Assembly (NCBI GenBank): GCA_050251055.1
Contig: JBFWNL010000006.1
Location: 96,001 to 160,000, forward strand
DNA from: Bacteriovoracia bacterium
Lineage (GTDB): Bacteria > Bdellovibrionota > UBA1018 > JBFWNL01
Direction of reading: 5' to 3'
DNA length: 64,000 bases
The translations under genes and the position numbers were made by a program. The notes below the pieces were generated by a model. It was given only the letters and a program-made list of their open reading frames with translations. It made no database searches and was not told the origin of the DNA. Positions 9,746-20,463 of the stretch are shown here, one piece after another; position 1 is the first letter of the stretch; each line of letters begins with the position of its first letter.

Positions 9746-10801
9746 ATGGATCTCGGGCGTGTTTCGTATGTTACGGCTATTACATCGTTTTTATTATCGG
9801 CTTCGGCCGTCGCGGGTGGTCCGCTGGGTCCGGTGGGCCAGGTTAACCTGCAGGTTCACCAGCCGGGATTGTATCGCGACCTCATGGTTCCGAACCCCAA
9901 CCCGATTCGCAACGAAGATTATCGCCGCTGGACGCCCATGGGTGGCCAATACGGTTGGCGCAGCACGCTTCAGCCGAAGACGATTCAAGATTTTCGTCAG
10001 CGCACCTATGAGTTCCGGCCGCACTATCCCGGCGAGTGGACGCACGGAATGGATGGCCGCCGCAGCCAGGGTGGCAACTCGTATTACATGTTCCCCAACA
10101 AGTGGGGGATTTATCCTCAGCGCGACGAACTGCAACCGCTGCCGACGATTCAGGATCGCCTCAACTATGATCGCCAGTTTTGGAATTCAAATCAGCTGAA
10201 GCATCAGACCGACACAACGTACGTTGCACCGACGCGCTCTCCGTTTGGTCCGACGCCTCCTCCTCCGGGCCCGCCGAGTGGCGCGAATCGCGTGACGTCG
10301 ACGAGTGTCGCGCCTGCACGTGTGAATACCGCGGTCACTCCGCAGCGAGTGGATACGCGCGTGGACAGTCGTTTGCCGAGCAATCGCGTGTCGAGTCAAC
10401 CCGTCATCACGCAACGCTCGGGTACGACGGCCGTGGGTGGTGGAGCGCCGTCGCCGAAGAGTAAGGCGGCCGCCGAGCTGGAAGCCCGCATCTATAAAGA
10501 TATCCCCGAGCTGCGAGCGAACCTTTCGCCGTTAGCGAAGGAGATCCTGATCCTGCAATTCGAAGTGCGCCAAATCATGCAAGACCTGCGTCCGAAATAC
10601 TTGGGCGAGCGCCTGACGGACGAGCAGATTGTAGCGAAGCTCAAGGAACGCGTGGCGCGCGCGGGCGAGCTCTACGAAGGGTTGCATGACGATTACAAGA
10701 TCAGCCGTGAAGAAGCGGAAACCACCCATGACCTCAGCCTGGGAGGGCTGGAAAAACTGGTGCGTGATTGCGAAGCCAAGCTAGGTGTGGGTAAGCCCTA
10801 G
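9746..10801 (+). CDS. Secreted hypothetical protein with Pro/Ser/Thr-rich linker and helical C-terminus
   Basis: Long ORF, GGAGG RBS, signal-peptide-like N-terminus. Confidence 0.6.
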   Translation: MDLGRVSYVTAITSFLLSASAVAGGPLGPVGQVNLQVHQPGLYRDLMVPNPNPIRNEDYRRWTPMGGQYGWRSTLQPKTIQDFRQRTYEFRPHYPGEWTHGMDGRRSQGGNSYYMFPNKWGIYPQRDELQPLPTIQDRLNYDRQFWNSNQLKHQTDTTYVAPTRSPFGPTPPPPGPPSGANRVTSTSVAPARVNTAVTPQRVDTRVDSRLPSNRVSSQPVITQRSGTTAVGGGAPSPKSKAAAELEARIYKDIPELRANLSPLAKEILILQFEVRQIMQDLRPKYLGERLTDEQIVAKLKERVARAGELYEGLHDDYKISREEAETTHDLSLGGLEKLVRDCEAKLGVGKP

Positions 10802-11054
10802 TATTGGAGCGCTTGGCTCCGTTTGGGCTGGGTAAAAAGTCGCGGCACCGTAGGCTTTTGTGCGCTGTGCGGCGCGGTGTTTGGTGGCCATTACCAGACA
10901 TAATATGTCGGAATAAATTTGCTTTACTCAACTTCTTAGGTTTGTTACCCGATAGATCAATCACAAGCCTGATTTTTACATCCACTCACCATCATTTTCA
11001 CTCAGTCGCGATGTAAATCCCTTTCAAAATTTTAGGAGAGAAGGAAATCGGCCT

Positions 11055-12302
11055 ATGCACCTGAAGGAACTCAAAGAGCAGAAGATCGGCTCGCTCGTCG
11101 ACATGGCGAAGAAAATGGGCGTCGAGAACGCCGGGAACCTGCGCAAGCAGGACCTGATCTTCAGCATCCTGCAATCGAAAGCGGAGAAAGACGAACACAT
11201 CTACGCGGACGGCGTCTTGGAATGCCTCCCCGACGGCTTCGGCTTCCTGCGCGCTCCCGACTACAACTATCTGCCGGGTCCGGACGACGTTTACGTCTCC
11301 CCATCGCAGATCCGCCGCTTCGGTCTCCGCACCGGCGACACGGTCAGCGGTTCGGTCCGCGCGCCGAAGGAAGGCGAGCGCTACTTCGCTCTGCTGAAGG
11401 TCGAGCAGGTCAACTTTCAGGCGCCCGAAGGCAACTCCGAAAAGGTTTTCTTCGACAACCTGACGCCGCTCTATCCGAAGCAGAAGATTAACCTGGAATT
11501 CCAGCCGACCAACATGAGCACGCGCATTATCGACATGCTCGTTCCGCTCGGCATGGGCCAACGCTGCCTGATCGTCGCGCCTCCGCGCGCCGGTAAAACC
11601 GTGCTCATGCAGGACATCGCCAACGCGATCAGCACGAACCATCCGGAAGTGAAGCTGATCGTGCTTTTGATCGACGAACGCCCGGAAGAAGTCACCGATA
11701 TGCAACGCTCGGTGAAGGGCGAAGTTGTTAGCTCCACCTTCGACGAACAAGCTTCCCGCCACGTGCAGGTCGCCGAAATGGTCATCGAAAAGGCGAAGCG
11801 CCTGGTGGAAAACAAGTATCACGTCGTGATCCTGCTCGACTCGATCACGCGTCTGGCGCGCGCGTACAACGCGGTGGTGCCGCCTTCCGGCAAGATCCTG
11901 TCCGGCGGGGTCGATTCCAACGCGCTCCATAAGCCGAAGCGCTTCTTCGGCGCGGCCCGTAACGTGGAAGAAGGCGGCTCGCTCACGATCGTGGCCACCG
12001 CGCTTGTCGACACGGGTTCCCGCATGGATGAAGTGATTTTCGAAGAGTTCAAAGGTACGGGTAACTCTGAAATCCACCTCGATCGCAAGCTGATGGAAAA
12101 GCGCGTGTTCCCGTGCTTGGACATCAACAAGTCCGCCACGCGTCGCGAAGAGCTGCTCGTCGAGAAGAGCCTGCTTAATCGCATCCTGATCCTGCGCCGC
12201 GTGTTGCACCCCATGAACGTGCTCGACGCCATGGAGTTCCTGCTCGACAAGATCAAGGATTCCAAGACGAACGAAGCGTTCATCAAGTCCATGGGCGGCT
12301 AG
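11055..12302 (+). CDS. rho: Transcription termination factor Rho
   Basis: [25 protein letters not shown] Walker [22 protein letters not shown]. Confidence 0.99.
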   Translation: MHLKELKEQKIGSLVDMAKKMGVENAGNLRKQDLIFSILQSKAEKDEHIYADGVLECLPDGFGFLRAPDYNYLPGPDDVYVSPSQIRRFGLRTGDTVSGSVRAPKEGERYFALLKVEQVNFQAPEGNSEKVFFDNLTPLYPKQKINLEFQPTNMSTRIIDMLVPLGMGQRCLIVAPPRAGKTVLMQDIANAISTNHPEVKLIVLLIDERPEEVTDMQRSVKGEVVSSTFDEQASRHVQVAEMVIEKAKRLVENKYHVVILLDSITRLARAYNAVVPPSGKILSGGVDSNALHKPKRFFGAARNVEEGGSLTIVATALVDTGSRMDEVIFEEFKGTGNSEIHLDRKLMEKRVFPCLDINKSATRREELLVEKSLLNRILILRRVLHPMNVLDAMEFLLDKIKDSKTNEAFIKSMGG

Positions 12303-12311
12303 CCTAGGGAT

Positions 12312-13337
12312 TTGCGCTTGAGATTGATCTTCCGAGGTGCGGTGTGGTTTTGCCTGATCGCCGCTTCGGCTTGTTCCGCGCGGTGGCATCATGCCGTACT
12401 TTCTCGAGATTACGTTTTTTTCTACGGCAGCGGGGTGACGGTTTACTCGTTGGATCCGCATTCGGGCGGTCTTTCGCGGGTTGGCTCTTCGACGACTTCC
12501 ATCGACTTCGTTCATCGCTTGGGTTTTCTCTATAGCTCCGGCAAACCTCTGCTTCGGACGGATGGCTTGACGGGGGCGCTCACGGAGATTAGCCAAGGCT
12601 TCGCGGCTTCGTTGGTAGCTTCCGAGAGCCATCCGACCGCCGATTTTTCCTATGCCCATGCGGGGAGTTTTTACGCTTTGTCGATGGATAGCTCGAATGG
12701 CGATCATATTTCTTCGAAGCAGGTGAATACCCGCATATATTCAGGTAATTCTCCGGCGGCGATTCAAGCGCAGGCCCCCTATCTGGCGCTGATCCGCAAT
12801 GGAATCACCGGCGTGGATTGGTTCGATATCGCGCAGGGGGATGCTCCGGTATTGTTGGGAGCCATCACGGAGAGCGTGTTTATTCTATCGATCGCTTTCC
12901 ATCCCACCATCGATATCTTGTGGGCGGGGACGAACGCCCCAGATATACGGGCATATCAGCGGGGCACGGACGGGAGCTTACCCCGAGTCTATTCCGTCGG
13001 GGTGTCGGGGAGTAACTCGGTGACTTCGCTCGCGGTCCACCCGGATGGCAGGATGCTAGTGGCTGCGGCGAATCAGGCACTATTCGTGTACTCGATCGAT
13101 TTAGTGACGCATGAGTTGTCGCTAATGCAAACGGTCGCCTTATCCAATTCTACGGCTGGGTTAGAATTTAATTCTGCGGGAACGTTTCTTTATCTATGCG
13201 ATATCGCCACGAAGTCGGTGACCGTATACGGCGTGGATGAGGAGAGTCATACTCTAGGTAGCGGGCGTGATATCTTTGTTGGCCAAACGTTCAGTTACCC
13301 CTTGAAGATAGTCCGTTTTTTAAATCAATTGAGGTAG
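12312..13337 (+). CDS. Lactonase-like beta-propeller lipoprotein
   Basis: Lipobox-like ASAC; repeated (S/A)xHPxG blades. Confidence 0.65.
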   Translation: MRLRLIFRGAVWFCLIAASACSARWHHAVLSRDYVFFYGSGVTVYSLDPHSGGLSRVGSSTTSIDFVHRLGFLYSSGKPLLRTDGLTGALTEISQGFAASLVASESHPTADFSYAHAGSFYALSMDSSNGDHISSKQVNTRIYSGNSPAAIQAQAPYLALIRNGITGVDWFDIAQGDAPVLLGAITESVFILSIAFHPTIDILWAGTNAPDIRAYQRGTDGSLPRVYSVGVSGSNSVTSLAVHPDGRMLVAAANQALFVYSIDLVTHELSLMQTVALSNSTAGLEFNSAGTFLYLCDIATKSVTVYGVDEESHTLGSGRDIFVGQTFSYPLKIVRFLNQLR

Positions 13338-13349
13338 ATTGTTCAGTCT

Positions 13350-13997
13350 ATGGTGAGAGTGATCGCAATTGTGTCGTTGGTGTGGGGGTTAGGCGAGATC
13401 GCGCAAGCAGCGCCGCGTGAGTTCAAGTGCGAGCAGGATCGGTGGCAAGCTTGCGCCGCCGAAACCACCTGGCAGACGAAGAAGTTTCGCACGGCTAAAG
13501 GAAAACCGTTCACGGTCCGTTATCTGAAGAGCTCCCCCGCCGCGTGTGGCAACGAATCTTATCCTAGCATCGAAGTGAACGCGCCTAGCGCCATGCAGTG
13601 GATACAGATAATCGAGACGAATAGCTTTTCACTAAAGGACGCCGGCGCACCGGGTCTTGAGGTGGAGTTACCGAAGATCGGGAAAGTATACGTGGATACT
13701 TCCGGATCTCATGCGGCCAAAGGCCTGCCGTTTTACACCGATGCGCCGCAGACGATGATGGCGGATTCGCCTTGTTTCGAAAAATTAGGGGAAGCAGCTT
13801 TGAATTGGCAGGCTTTCGTTTTTGCGTTGGAAGAGCGTCACGGACGCCTAGCCCCGGTCTTCGCCGGCAGCTGGGGCTACGCTTGGGATTCCACCTCTGG
13901 GCAGATCAAGCCGATGGACTTCAAGCGGGTAAGTCTCAATAAGTGGAAAAACTACCGCGGATTGATGCGCGAAAAATTTCCCGCGCTAAAGTGGTAA
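13350..13997 (+). CDS. Secreted hypothetical protein
   Basis: Signal peptide (AQA|A), 215 aa ORF in run with upstream genes. Confidence 0.6.
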   Translation: MVRVIAIVSLVWGLGEIAQAAPREFKCEQDRWQACAAETTWQTKKFRTAKGKPFTVRYLKSSPAACGNESYPSIEVNAPSAMQWIQIIETNSFSLKDAGAPGLEVELPKIGKVYVDTSGSHAAKGLPFYTDAPQTMMADSPCFEKLGEAALNWQAFVFALEERHGRLAPVFAGSWGYAWDSTSGQIKPMDFKRVSLNKWKNYRGLMREKFPALKW

Positions 13998-14013
13998 ACC
14001 GTTCGCGAGTAGC

Positions 14014-14523
14014 CTACCGTGGCCGTTTGCGATCCGACCAGCCGTCGTGACTGCCCAGCTTTGGCTCGGGATGCCCTTCCCAGTAGAATCCGCGAGTTTT
14101 CATTTCTTCGTTTCGCTTAGGATGCTTGGGGTAGTAGATTTTATCGCCCGCGGGATCACGCTCTCCCACCACGATTAGTTTCACGATCTCTTTGTCGTTA
14201 TTGATGATGCAATGGGCTTGCCCGGTTCCTGGAGGAAAGCTGACGCAATCGCCCGGGCCGAGATCGTAGATCTCACCGTCGATCCAAGCCTGGGGTCTGC
14301 CTTCGAGCACGAAAACGAATTCTTCCTCGACACTGTGGGCGTGGGGCCAAGATGTGCGATCACCCGGTTGAAGGACCTCATAGTTCACCGCGATCCGCTG
14401 CATGCCCATTTTTCGGGCGAGTGCGGCTCCCGTTCCAAAAGTCTCGGGGTCGCCGGGATAGGAGAAGGTCTGCGACGTGTGCAGCTCGTCGCAATGCTTG
14501 ATGCAATCCGGACGTGTTTTCAT
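14014..14523 (-). CDS. Cupin-domain protein
   Basis: HAHSVEEEFVFVLEG ... PGDCVSFPPGTGQAH; ATGA overlap with grxC. Confidence 0.9.
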   Translation of the reverse strand: MKTRPDCIKHCDELHTSQTFSYPGDPETFGTGAALARKMGMQRIAVNYEVLQPGDRTSWPHAHSVEEEFVFVLEGRPQAWIDGEIYDLGPGDCVSFPPGTGQAHCIINNDKEIVKLIVVGERDPAGDKIYYPKHPKRNEEMKTRGFYWEGHPEPKLGSHDGWSDRKRPR

Positions 14524-14771
14524 CGGAGCGATTTCAGCTGGTCCTGGCGGTCGAGATCGGCCAACTGTTCGTAACCGCCAATGAGCTGGTCCCCCGCGAA
14601 TATCTGCGGAAAAGTGCGCATTCCCGAGCGCGCGAGCAGCGCTTCGCGTTTCTCGTCGTCGTTGCGGTCGACCCAAATTTCCTCGAAGGCGATGCCGCGT
14701 TGGGTGAGCAAGCTCTTTGCGCTCGTGCAATAAGGGCAGGGGGTGATGGTGTAAACCACGACTTTCTTCAT
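14520..14771 (-). CDS. grxC: Glutaredoxin 3
   Basis: CPYC active site, RTFPQIF, IGGY. Confidence 0.92.
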   Translation of the reverse strand: MKKVVVYTITPCPYCTSAKSLLTQRGIAFEEIWVDRNDDEKREALLARSGMRTFPQIFAGDQLIGGYEQLADLDRQDQLKSLR

Positions 14772-14951
14772 GATTTCCTTTCTAACATCCGGAGGCGGGA
14801 ATGCGGCGGAAATCTCGTACGCTTCGTTTTAGTTTGGTCCTGCTGTCTAAGAACTAGTCAGCTGTAAACTGCGCAAACGCCGCGGAAAAGCCGGGATTTT
14901 TTGATTGTCATCCGGGCAAAAAAAGTTTATTTATGCAGCGCATCAAATTTT

Positions 14952-15812
14952 ATGTATGGAGTGAACCCTGTGCTAACTCGTTCAATCTTAGTCTTGGCCC
15001 TTTGTTTGTCATCCTTCGCCTGTAGCCGCAATGTGGAAGTAACCCGTCCCGCCGCCGGGGGTGGCCAACCGCAAGCGCCGGGGTCCGCGGAACCAGCGCC
15101 GGCGCCCGCGCCGGAACCGCCGAAGGCTGAACCAACCGCCGCCGAGAAGTGCGATCAGCGCCGTCAGTTTCTGAAGGACGAGTTTCTGGGCACGGTGGAT
15201 GTTCAGGCGGCGGGTGAGTCGCTCTATCGTTTTGTTGAAAGCCTCGACGGCAAGATGCGCCGCGATTTTAAAAATTTCCACGAAGCCGCGACGGCGCCGA
15301 ACGTATCGGTGGGAGACGCGCTGATCGCGCGCACTAAGTTCAATGGCGCCGCGCTGCGGGCGTTTGGCCGTTTGGAGCGCCTGCATGAGCGTGACTCACG
15401 CCGTGATCACTTCGCGCTGGTGGACATTTCCCACGAAGGCTTCTTCCTCACCCAGCGCTACCTGGTGAACGATATGCGCATGGCGCTGATCGCGAGCGAT
15501 ACCCGCAGCCGGGTGGAACCCACGCGACTGGACCGCACCCGCCTGCTCTGGTTGCCGAGTCAACCGAAGTTCGCCCGCGTGACTTGGATGGCTTCGACCA
15601 TTCGGGCTAACGAAAGACTCGAAGAGCTCACCTATCGCCCAAATTTAGCGTTGGATCGCGGCGAAGAGCAAAGCTTGTGGAAGGTTGTCGAGGCTCAAGT
15701 GGATACGGGCTGTAAAGGCCTGACCGCCCTGACGCTGGACGAAATCGAAAAGTTTGATTGGGTGGAAATTTCCCGCTTCAAACCGGCGCCGGCTGAGCAA
15801 CCCACCGAATAA
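14952..15812 (+). CDS. Hypothetical lipoprotein
   Basis: Lipobox SFAC, Pro/Ala linker; exact start uncertain. Confidence 0.6.
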   Translation: MYGVNPVLTRSILVLALCLSSFACSRNVEVTRPAAGGGQPQAPGSAEPAPAPAPEPPKAEPTAAEKCDQRRQFLKDEFLGTVDVQAAGESLYRFVESLDGKMRRDFKNFHEAATAPNVSVGDALIARTKFNGAALRAFGRLERLHERDSRRDHFALVDISHEGFFLTQRYLVNDMRMALIASDTRSRVEPTRLDRTRLLWLPSQPKFARVTWMASTIRANERLEELTYRPNLALDRGEEQSLWKVVEAQVDTGCKGLTALTLDEIEKFDWVEISRFKPAPAEQPTE

Positions 15813-15824
15813 ATTTTAGGAGTC

Positions 15825-16952
15825 ATGAAGATGAAAAACGTGAACGTACTTTCGGCGATTTCGGCATTAGCCCTGCTGGTGGGCGCGCCCGCCCCCGCTC
15901 TAGCCCAAGATCTTGCGCAATCGGCCGCCACCGCGCAACGTGGATTGGCTCCTGGTTGGTGGCTCTATGCCTCCCTGGCCGGTGGTTACGCTGGCGTGGA
16001 CGGAGGCGAGTTTTCGGTTCACCCGAATGGCTCGCAATTTCAATTCAGTGGGCTTGCGTCCCATCTGAGCCGAAGCTGGGTCGTGGATTTGGGCGTCGGC
16101 TATTCTACCTCCAGTGTGAATGGCGCCGTGCCGGGTACATCCAACGTGAAGATTTCCCATCGTACCGGTTTTGGTGAAGTGAGTGCGCGTTATCGCCTCG
16201 ATGCCAACTGGCAGCTGGGACCGGTGGTTGAGTCGCATTTCGGGGCCGAAAGCAGCTTCGCGGCGGTCGATACCGGCAAGACCTTTTCCACCTTGATCGG
16301 CGGTAAGCTCGCCTACCAGATCCCGATGGACAACTGGGCGATGCGCGCCTTCGTGAAGGTCGTCACCGATCTGGACATCGAAAACCGCCAAGCTACCGTG
16401 GCTTCGATCGGCTTGCAGATCGGTCTGCCGGTGAGCCCGTCACCAGTGGTCGTAGCATCGAGCGAGTCGTCGTCTTCATCCCAGGAGGAGTCATACGAAA
16501 GTACCGAGATCACCACCACGACCCGCGACACGGTCGTGACCACGGTTTCCGCGCCGGTACGTGAAAGTATCCCGATCACGCGCCTGCACTTCAACACCGC
16601 CTCCACGCAGGTTTCAAATTCCTCCCAGGTGAAGCTGAAGAAACTCGCCGATCTGATCGGTACGAATTTCTCGGTTGAAATCATCGGCCACGCTGACTCC
16701 CGCGGACCGGAACCGCTCAATTTCAAGCTCTCCGAGCGCCGTGCGGAAACCGTGCGGGAAGCCCTGCTGAAAGGTGGCCTTACCGAAAAAGGCATCGTTG
16801 CTTACGGCCGCGGTGAATCCGAGCCGCTGGACCCGCGGAATAACTCCGAAGCCTGGGCTAAGAATCGCCGCATCGAGCTGATCCTCACGCCGACCGCTTC
16901 CGCCACGCCGGAAATGGCGAGCGAAGTGTCGCGGTTCGTACGCGGCTTCTAG
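15825..16952 (+). CDS. OmpA-family outer membrane protein (beta-barrel plus peptidoglycan-binding domain)
   Basis: HFNTAS, IIGHADSRG...NFKLSERRA, GRGESEP...NRRIE. Confidence 0.92.
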   Translation: MKMKNVNVLSAISALALLVGAPAPALAQDLAQSAATAQRGLAPGWWLYASLAGGYAGVDGGEFSVHPNGSQFQFSGLASHLSRSWVVDLGVGYSTSSVNGAVPGTSNVKISHRTGFGEVSARYRLDANWQLGPVVESHFGAESSFAAVDTGKTFSTLIGGKLAYQIPMDNWAMRAFVKVVTDLDIENRQATVASIGLQIGLPVSPSPVVVASSESSSSSQEESYESTEITTTTRDTVVTTVSAPVRESIPITRLHFNTASTQVSNSSQVKLKKLADLIGTNFSVEIIGHADSRGPEPLNFKLSERRAETVREALLKGGLTEKGIVAYGRGESEPLDPRNNSEAWAKNRRIELILTPTASATPEMASEVSRFVRGF

Positions 16953-17064
16953 GCTTATTTAGAATACGGCCAGAATACAAAATCCCCCGGTTAGCTAAGG
17001 CCGGGATGGAGTTCCTCCCCCGCTTGCCGCTATCCTGAAAGGGCACCAAACGGGGGGGATAAGC

Positions 17065-17385
17065 ATGAAAAAGACGATTGGATTCGTGTTTGGCCTATGT
17101 TTACTGATCGCCCCAGGCGCTCAGGCTCAGTGGCCGTGGCCTGGACTAACTCCGGAAGGATACTGCATGGCTATAGCGGATGTGGCGGTGCAGGAATGCC
17201 TGCGTCGCGTGGGTGGCGCCGGGTATAATGAAGAGGCGATTGCCTGCGCGGACCTCTACTATAAAAAGTACGACGAGTGCATGCGCAAGATACGGGGCCC
17301 GTACCGGCCTCCGTCGCGCCGAAACGTCAAACTCGAAGACCTCGAAGAAGGCGTCGGGGTGGTCGAAGAAAGCTCGGCTAACTAA
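17065..17385 (+). CDS. Small secreted cysteine protein (twin CX10C)
   Basis: Signal peptide AQA|Q; CMAIADVAVQEC and CADLYYKKYDEC. Confidence 0.6.
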   Translation: MKKTIGFVFGLCLLIAPGAQAQWPWPGLTPEGYCMAIADVAVQECLRRVGGAGYNEEAIACADLYYKKYDECMRKIRGPYRPPSRRNVKLEDLEEGVGVVEESSAN

Positions 17386-19043
17386 AACCCGTCGTAAGGC
17401 GTCATCTCGACTTGCAGCCAGCATAGCTTGGTGCCGTCGAGTTGATGCTGCTTGATCCACTGATCGAGTTTCCCGCGGATGCGCTGGCGATCTGGGGTGC
17501 CCCCGTCTTTGCTGGCGACGATTTCGTTTTCAAATAGCTCCCACCCGGTCGGGACGCGGCCGGTGTAACCGTTCAGCGTAGGCACTCCGGTCTCGATCGA
17601 AGCCCATTGCGCCTGCATGTGGTACTCGACCGGACTGGCGGGACCGTGCACCCGGTGCACGGGTGAATAGTAGAAATAGTCACAAGCCCGGCGTCCCTGT
17701 TCCGCGCGCAACGCCCCTTTGATGGCTTCAATGCGCTCGCGGCTGGCATAGGAGTCGAACGAAAAGGGCGTACGTCCCTGTTCCAGCACGCAAAACAGCG
17801 CGAGCGCCACGACGCCGGCTTGCCGCACGCGTCGGGTCGGAAACTTCAAGCGATCCCAAAAGAGCGCGAACCCCAATGCGGCGGGCAAGAGCGCGAGGAT
17901 CGCAATGCGGTTCACGCCACGCACGGCGTTCGCGCCCGGAACGTACTGGTACACGTAATACCAGATAGGTCGGTCGACGTGCGGGGGTTTTAAGCTCAAT
18001 AAAAATAGACTGAGATATAAAAGCCCGGCCAAGCGGAAGCCCAGCTGCTTTCGGCGGCGTACGTACTCAGAGATCACGATGAAGATCGTGACTAATCCGA
18101 TGCCGATGGATTGTTCTCCCCGGATGGGGATCATGGCCCAGAGTTTAATGCGCACGAGCCACGAATAGATCCAGCTATTGTCCCCCATGAAGAACCACGA
18201 CTGCGCCATGGGCTGCAGCCAAAACGCTTCTTCGTAGCTGCGGTAGCCGGAGGCGTCGCGTGCGGCCAGGTAATGTTGGACGAGTGGCGTGAGCGCAAGC
18301 GCGCTTAAGAAGGCTCCCACTAGGATCGCGGGGGCGTACTCGCGCGCGAGCATGAAGAGTCGCTCGCGCGTGAATGAAAAGCAAAGCGCCCAGAGCGTAA
18401 GCAGGATGAGGCCGATCCCAAGGAACCATCCCAGGTAGAAGCAGCCGTAGAGCTGACCCACGATGCCCACGAAAAATACCGCGATCCACTTTTGGGCCTC
18501 TACTTTTTCCGGAGGTCGCGCCCGGAAGAGTACGGTGATCGCCCACGCGATCCAGACTGTATAGAAATGAATCATGAATTGTTGGTGACCCAGACGTGCA
18601 CTTCGGGCGGCGGCGAAGGCGAAGAGAAACGCGCCCATCCCGGCCGCGAGCGTTCGCACGCCGACGCCGCGTCGGAGCCAAAGATAGGCAAACCAAAAGT
18701 TCAGCGACATCACGGTCAGCATCCAGAGCTTGAAGGCGTTATAAGGAGTGAGCCCTACACCTCGAAAAACCCAAAACACGGGTGCCCCGCCCAAGAGGAC
18801 CTCGGTATAGGCCGAAAGGTTCTTCACGGGATAAAAGAAGATCGGGTCCCAAAATCCATGGGCCGTTCGACCCAGGAGGGACTGAAAGCTATTTTCTAAA
18901 ATATAGGCGACGAGCAGGCTGTCACCTGGGTCGGTGACCATCATTTTAAAGCCGCTCAGCAGCATAGTGTGAAAAACGACAATGATTCCGATCACCCATA
19001 AGGTGACTAAAATAGTCTTATTATACCAAAGCCCTTCTTTCAC
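17382..19043 (-). CDS. Multi-pass membrane glycosyltransferase-like protein (GT-C/YfhO-like)
   Basis: Many TM helices; DPGDSLL, IFFYP, PTLNGYTGRVP; 5' extension of the ORF is antisense to rpmE so the start is approximate. Confidence 0.7.
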   Translation of the reverse strand: MKEGLWYNKTILVTLWVIGIIVVFHTMLLSGFKMMVTDPGDSLLVAYILENSFQSLLGRTAHGFWDPIFFYPVKNLSAYTEVLLGGAPVFWVFRGVGLTPYNAFKLWMLTVMSLNFWFAYLWLRRGVGVRTLAAGMGAFLFAFAAARSARLGHQQFMIHFYTVWIAWAITVLFRARPPEKVEAQKWIAVFFVGIVGQLYGCFYLGWFLGIGLILLTLWALCFSFTRERLFMLAREYAPAILVGAFLSALALTPLVQHYLAARDASGYRSYEEAFWLQPMAQSWFFMGDNSWIYSWLVRIKLWAMIPIRGEQSIGIGLVTIFIVISEYVRRRKQLGFRLAGLLYLSLFLLSLKPPHVDRPIWYYVYQYVPGANAVRGVNRIAILALLPAALGFALFWDRLKFPTRRVRQAGVVALALFCVLEQGRTPFSFDSYASRERIEAIKGALRAEQGRRACDYFYYSPVHRVHGPASPVEYHMQAQWASIETGVPTLNGYTGRVPTGWELFENEIVASKDGGTPDRQRIRGKLDQWIKQHQLDGTKLCWLQVEMTPYDGF

Positions 19044-19145
19044 GGTCTTTCTTCTGTGCCTGAAGTCCGAGAGTAATTCACCAGAAAAGTCTGGCTTGAC
19101 CACCCCCGGCGGCCTCTGGTAAGTCCGCTGTTTACTGAGGATTTT

Positions 19146-19349
19146 ATGAAACAAGGCATTCATCCAGTTTACACGGAAACGACGGTCACTTGCGTATGCG
19201 GCAACGTTTTCAACACCCGGGCGACCCGCGATAACATCCGTGTGGAAATTTGTTCGAACTGCCATCCGTTCTTCACCGGCAAGCACAAGCTCATGGATAC
19301 CGAAGGACGCGTGGAGCGGTTCCTCAATAAGTACAAGAAGAAGAAGTAG
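19146..19349 (+). CDS. rpmE: 50S ribosomal protein L31 (Zn-binding type)
   Basis: [27 protein letters not shown]. Confidence 0.98.
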   Translation: MKQGIHPVYTETTVTCVCGNVFNTRATRDNIRVEICSNCHPFFTGKHKLMDTEGRVERFLNKYKKKK

Positions 19350-19408
19350 TTTTTCCTAACGCCGTTTTCCCGTCCGCGCCGGAAAACCAGGAAGGATCGC
19401 GCTCGCCT

Positions 19409-20449
19409 ATGAAACCAGGCAGTACTTCGTTCACCAGCATTGGTGGCCAAGCGATCATAGAGGGCGTGATGATGCGTTCGCCGCGTTTTTTGGCGATCGC
19501 CGTCCGCCGTCCCGACCAAAAAATCGTCCTGCGTAGCTTCGGCTACCAATCCATTTTGAAACGGTTCCCGATATTAGCGAAGCCCGTGTTTCGCGGCATC
19601 GTCGGTATCATCGAGTCGCTGATGCAGGGGATCGACGCCTTGAGTTTTTCGGCCCAGGTGCTGGCCGAGTCCGAGGACGAAGGAAAGCCGCTTTCAGCGG
19701 GCGCGGTGGCGGTTTCCATTATCTCGGCGATTGCTTTGGGTCTGACCCTCTTCGTGGTGATCCCGCACGTCGTGACGGCTTTGCTCCTGTCGGGCGAACC
19801 GACGGCGAGCTCGACTCGCAGCCCGATCTTCCACCTGGTCGACGGCGGCATCAAGCTCGGTATCTTATTGCTTTATATTTATGCGATCACGCTGATGAAG
19901 GACATCTACCGCGTGTTTCAGTATCACGGCGCAGAACATAAATCGATTTACACCTTCGAGGCGGGTGAAGACCTGACGGTGGAGAATGCCCGCAAGCATT
20001 CTCGTCTCCATCCGCGGTGCGGAACGAGCTTCCTGCTCGCGCTCGTGATGGTGAGTATCTTGGTGTTTAGTGTGGTGTTCCCGGTTTTTCATCTCGACGC
20101 GGTTTCCGAACGGGCTTGGGTAGGGCACGTGCTCGTGGTGCTGGTGAAGATTTTATTGATGCTGCCGATTGGTGGGTTGGCTTACGAAGCCTTGAAGTGG
20201 TCGGCGGCTAGGATGGGCAATCCCTTGCTGCGGGCGGTGGTTTGGCCGGGGCTTCAGCTCCAGAACCTCACCACGCGCGAGCCGGATGATGAGCAGCTGG
20301 AGGTAGCGCTGATTTCGCTGCGCCAGGTGCTACGTCGGGAAAAGATGGGCGAAGTCAGCGTAATTGACGGCGAAATGGAACAAGAATTGGCGCATTTGTC
20401 GGAACTGGGCGCCGTGAAAGCCACGGTGTCCGAGTTTCCGGAGCTGTAG
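19409..20449 (+). CDS. DUF1385 membrane protein (putative metalloprotease)
   Basis: IGGQAIIEGVMMR, FQYHGAEHK, HPRCGTSF, LTTREPD. Confidence 0.92.
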   Translation: MKPGSTSFTSIGGQAIIEGVMMRSPRFLAIAVRRPDQKIVLRSFGYQSILKRFPILAKPVFRGIVGIIESLMQGIDALSFSAQVLAESEDEGKPLSAGAVAVSIISAIALGLTLFVVIPHVVTALLLSGEPTASSTRSPIFHLVDGGIKLGILLLYIYAITLMKDIYRVFQYHGAEHKSIYTFEAGEDLTVENARKHSRLHPRCGTSFLLALVMVSILVFSVVFPVFHLDAVSERAWVGHVLVVLVKILLMLPIGGLAYEALKWSAARMGNPLLRAVVWPGLQLQNLTTREPDDEQLEVALISLRQVLRREKMGEVSVIDGEMEQELAHLSELGAVKATVSEFPEL

Positions 20450-20463
20450 GGAACTGAACACCG

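Noticed and set aside
10998-12707. 569-aa minus-strand ORF
   Set aside because: Antisense to rho; typical GC-rich shadow frame
19044-19286. N-terminal extension of the 634-aa membrane ORF overlapping rpmE
   Set aside because: Extension is antisense rpmE sequence; the real start is downstream
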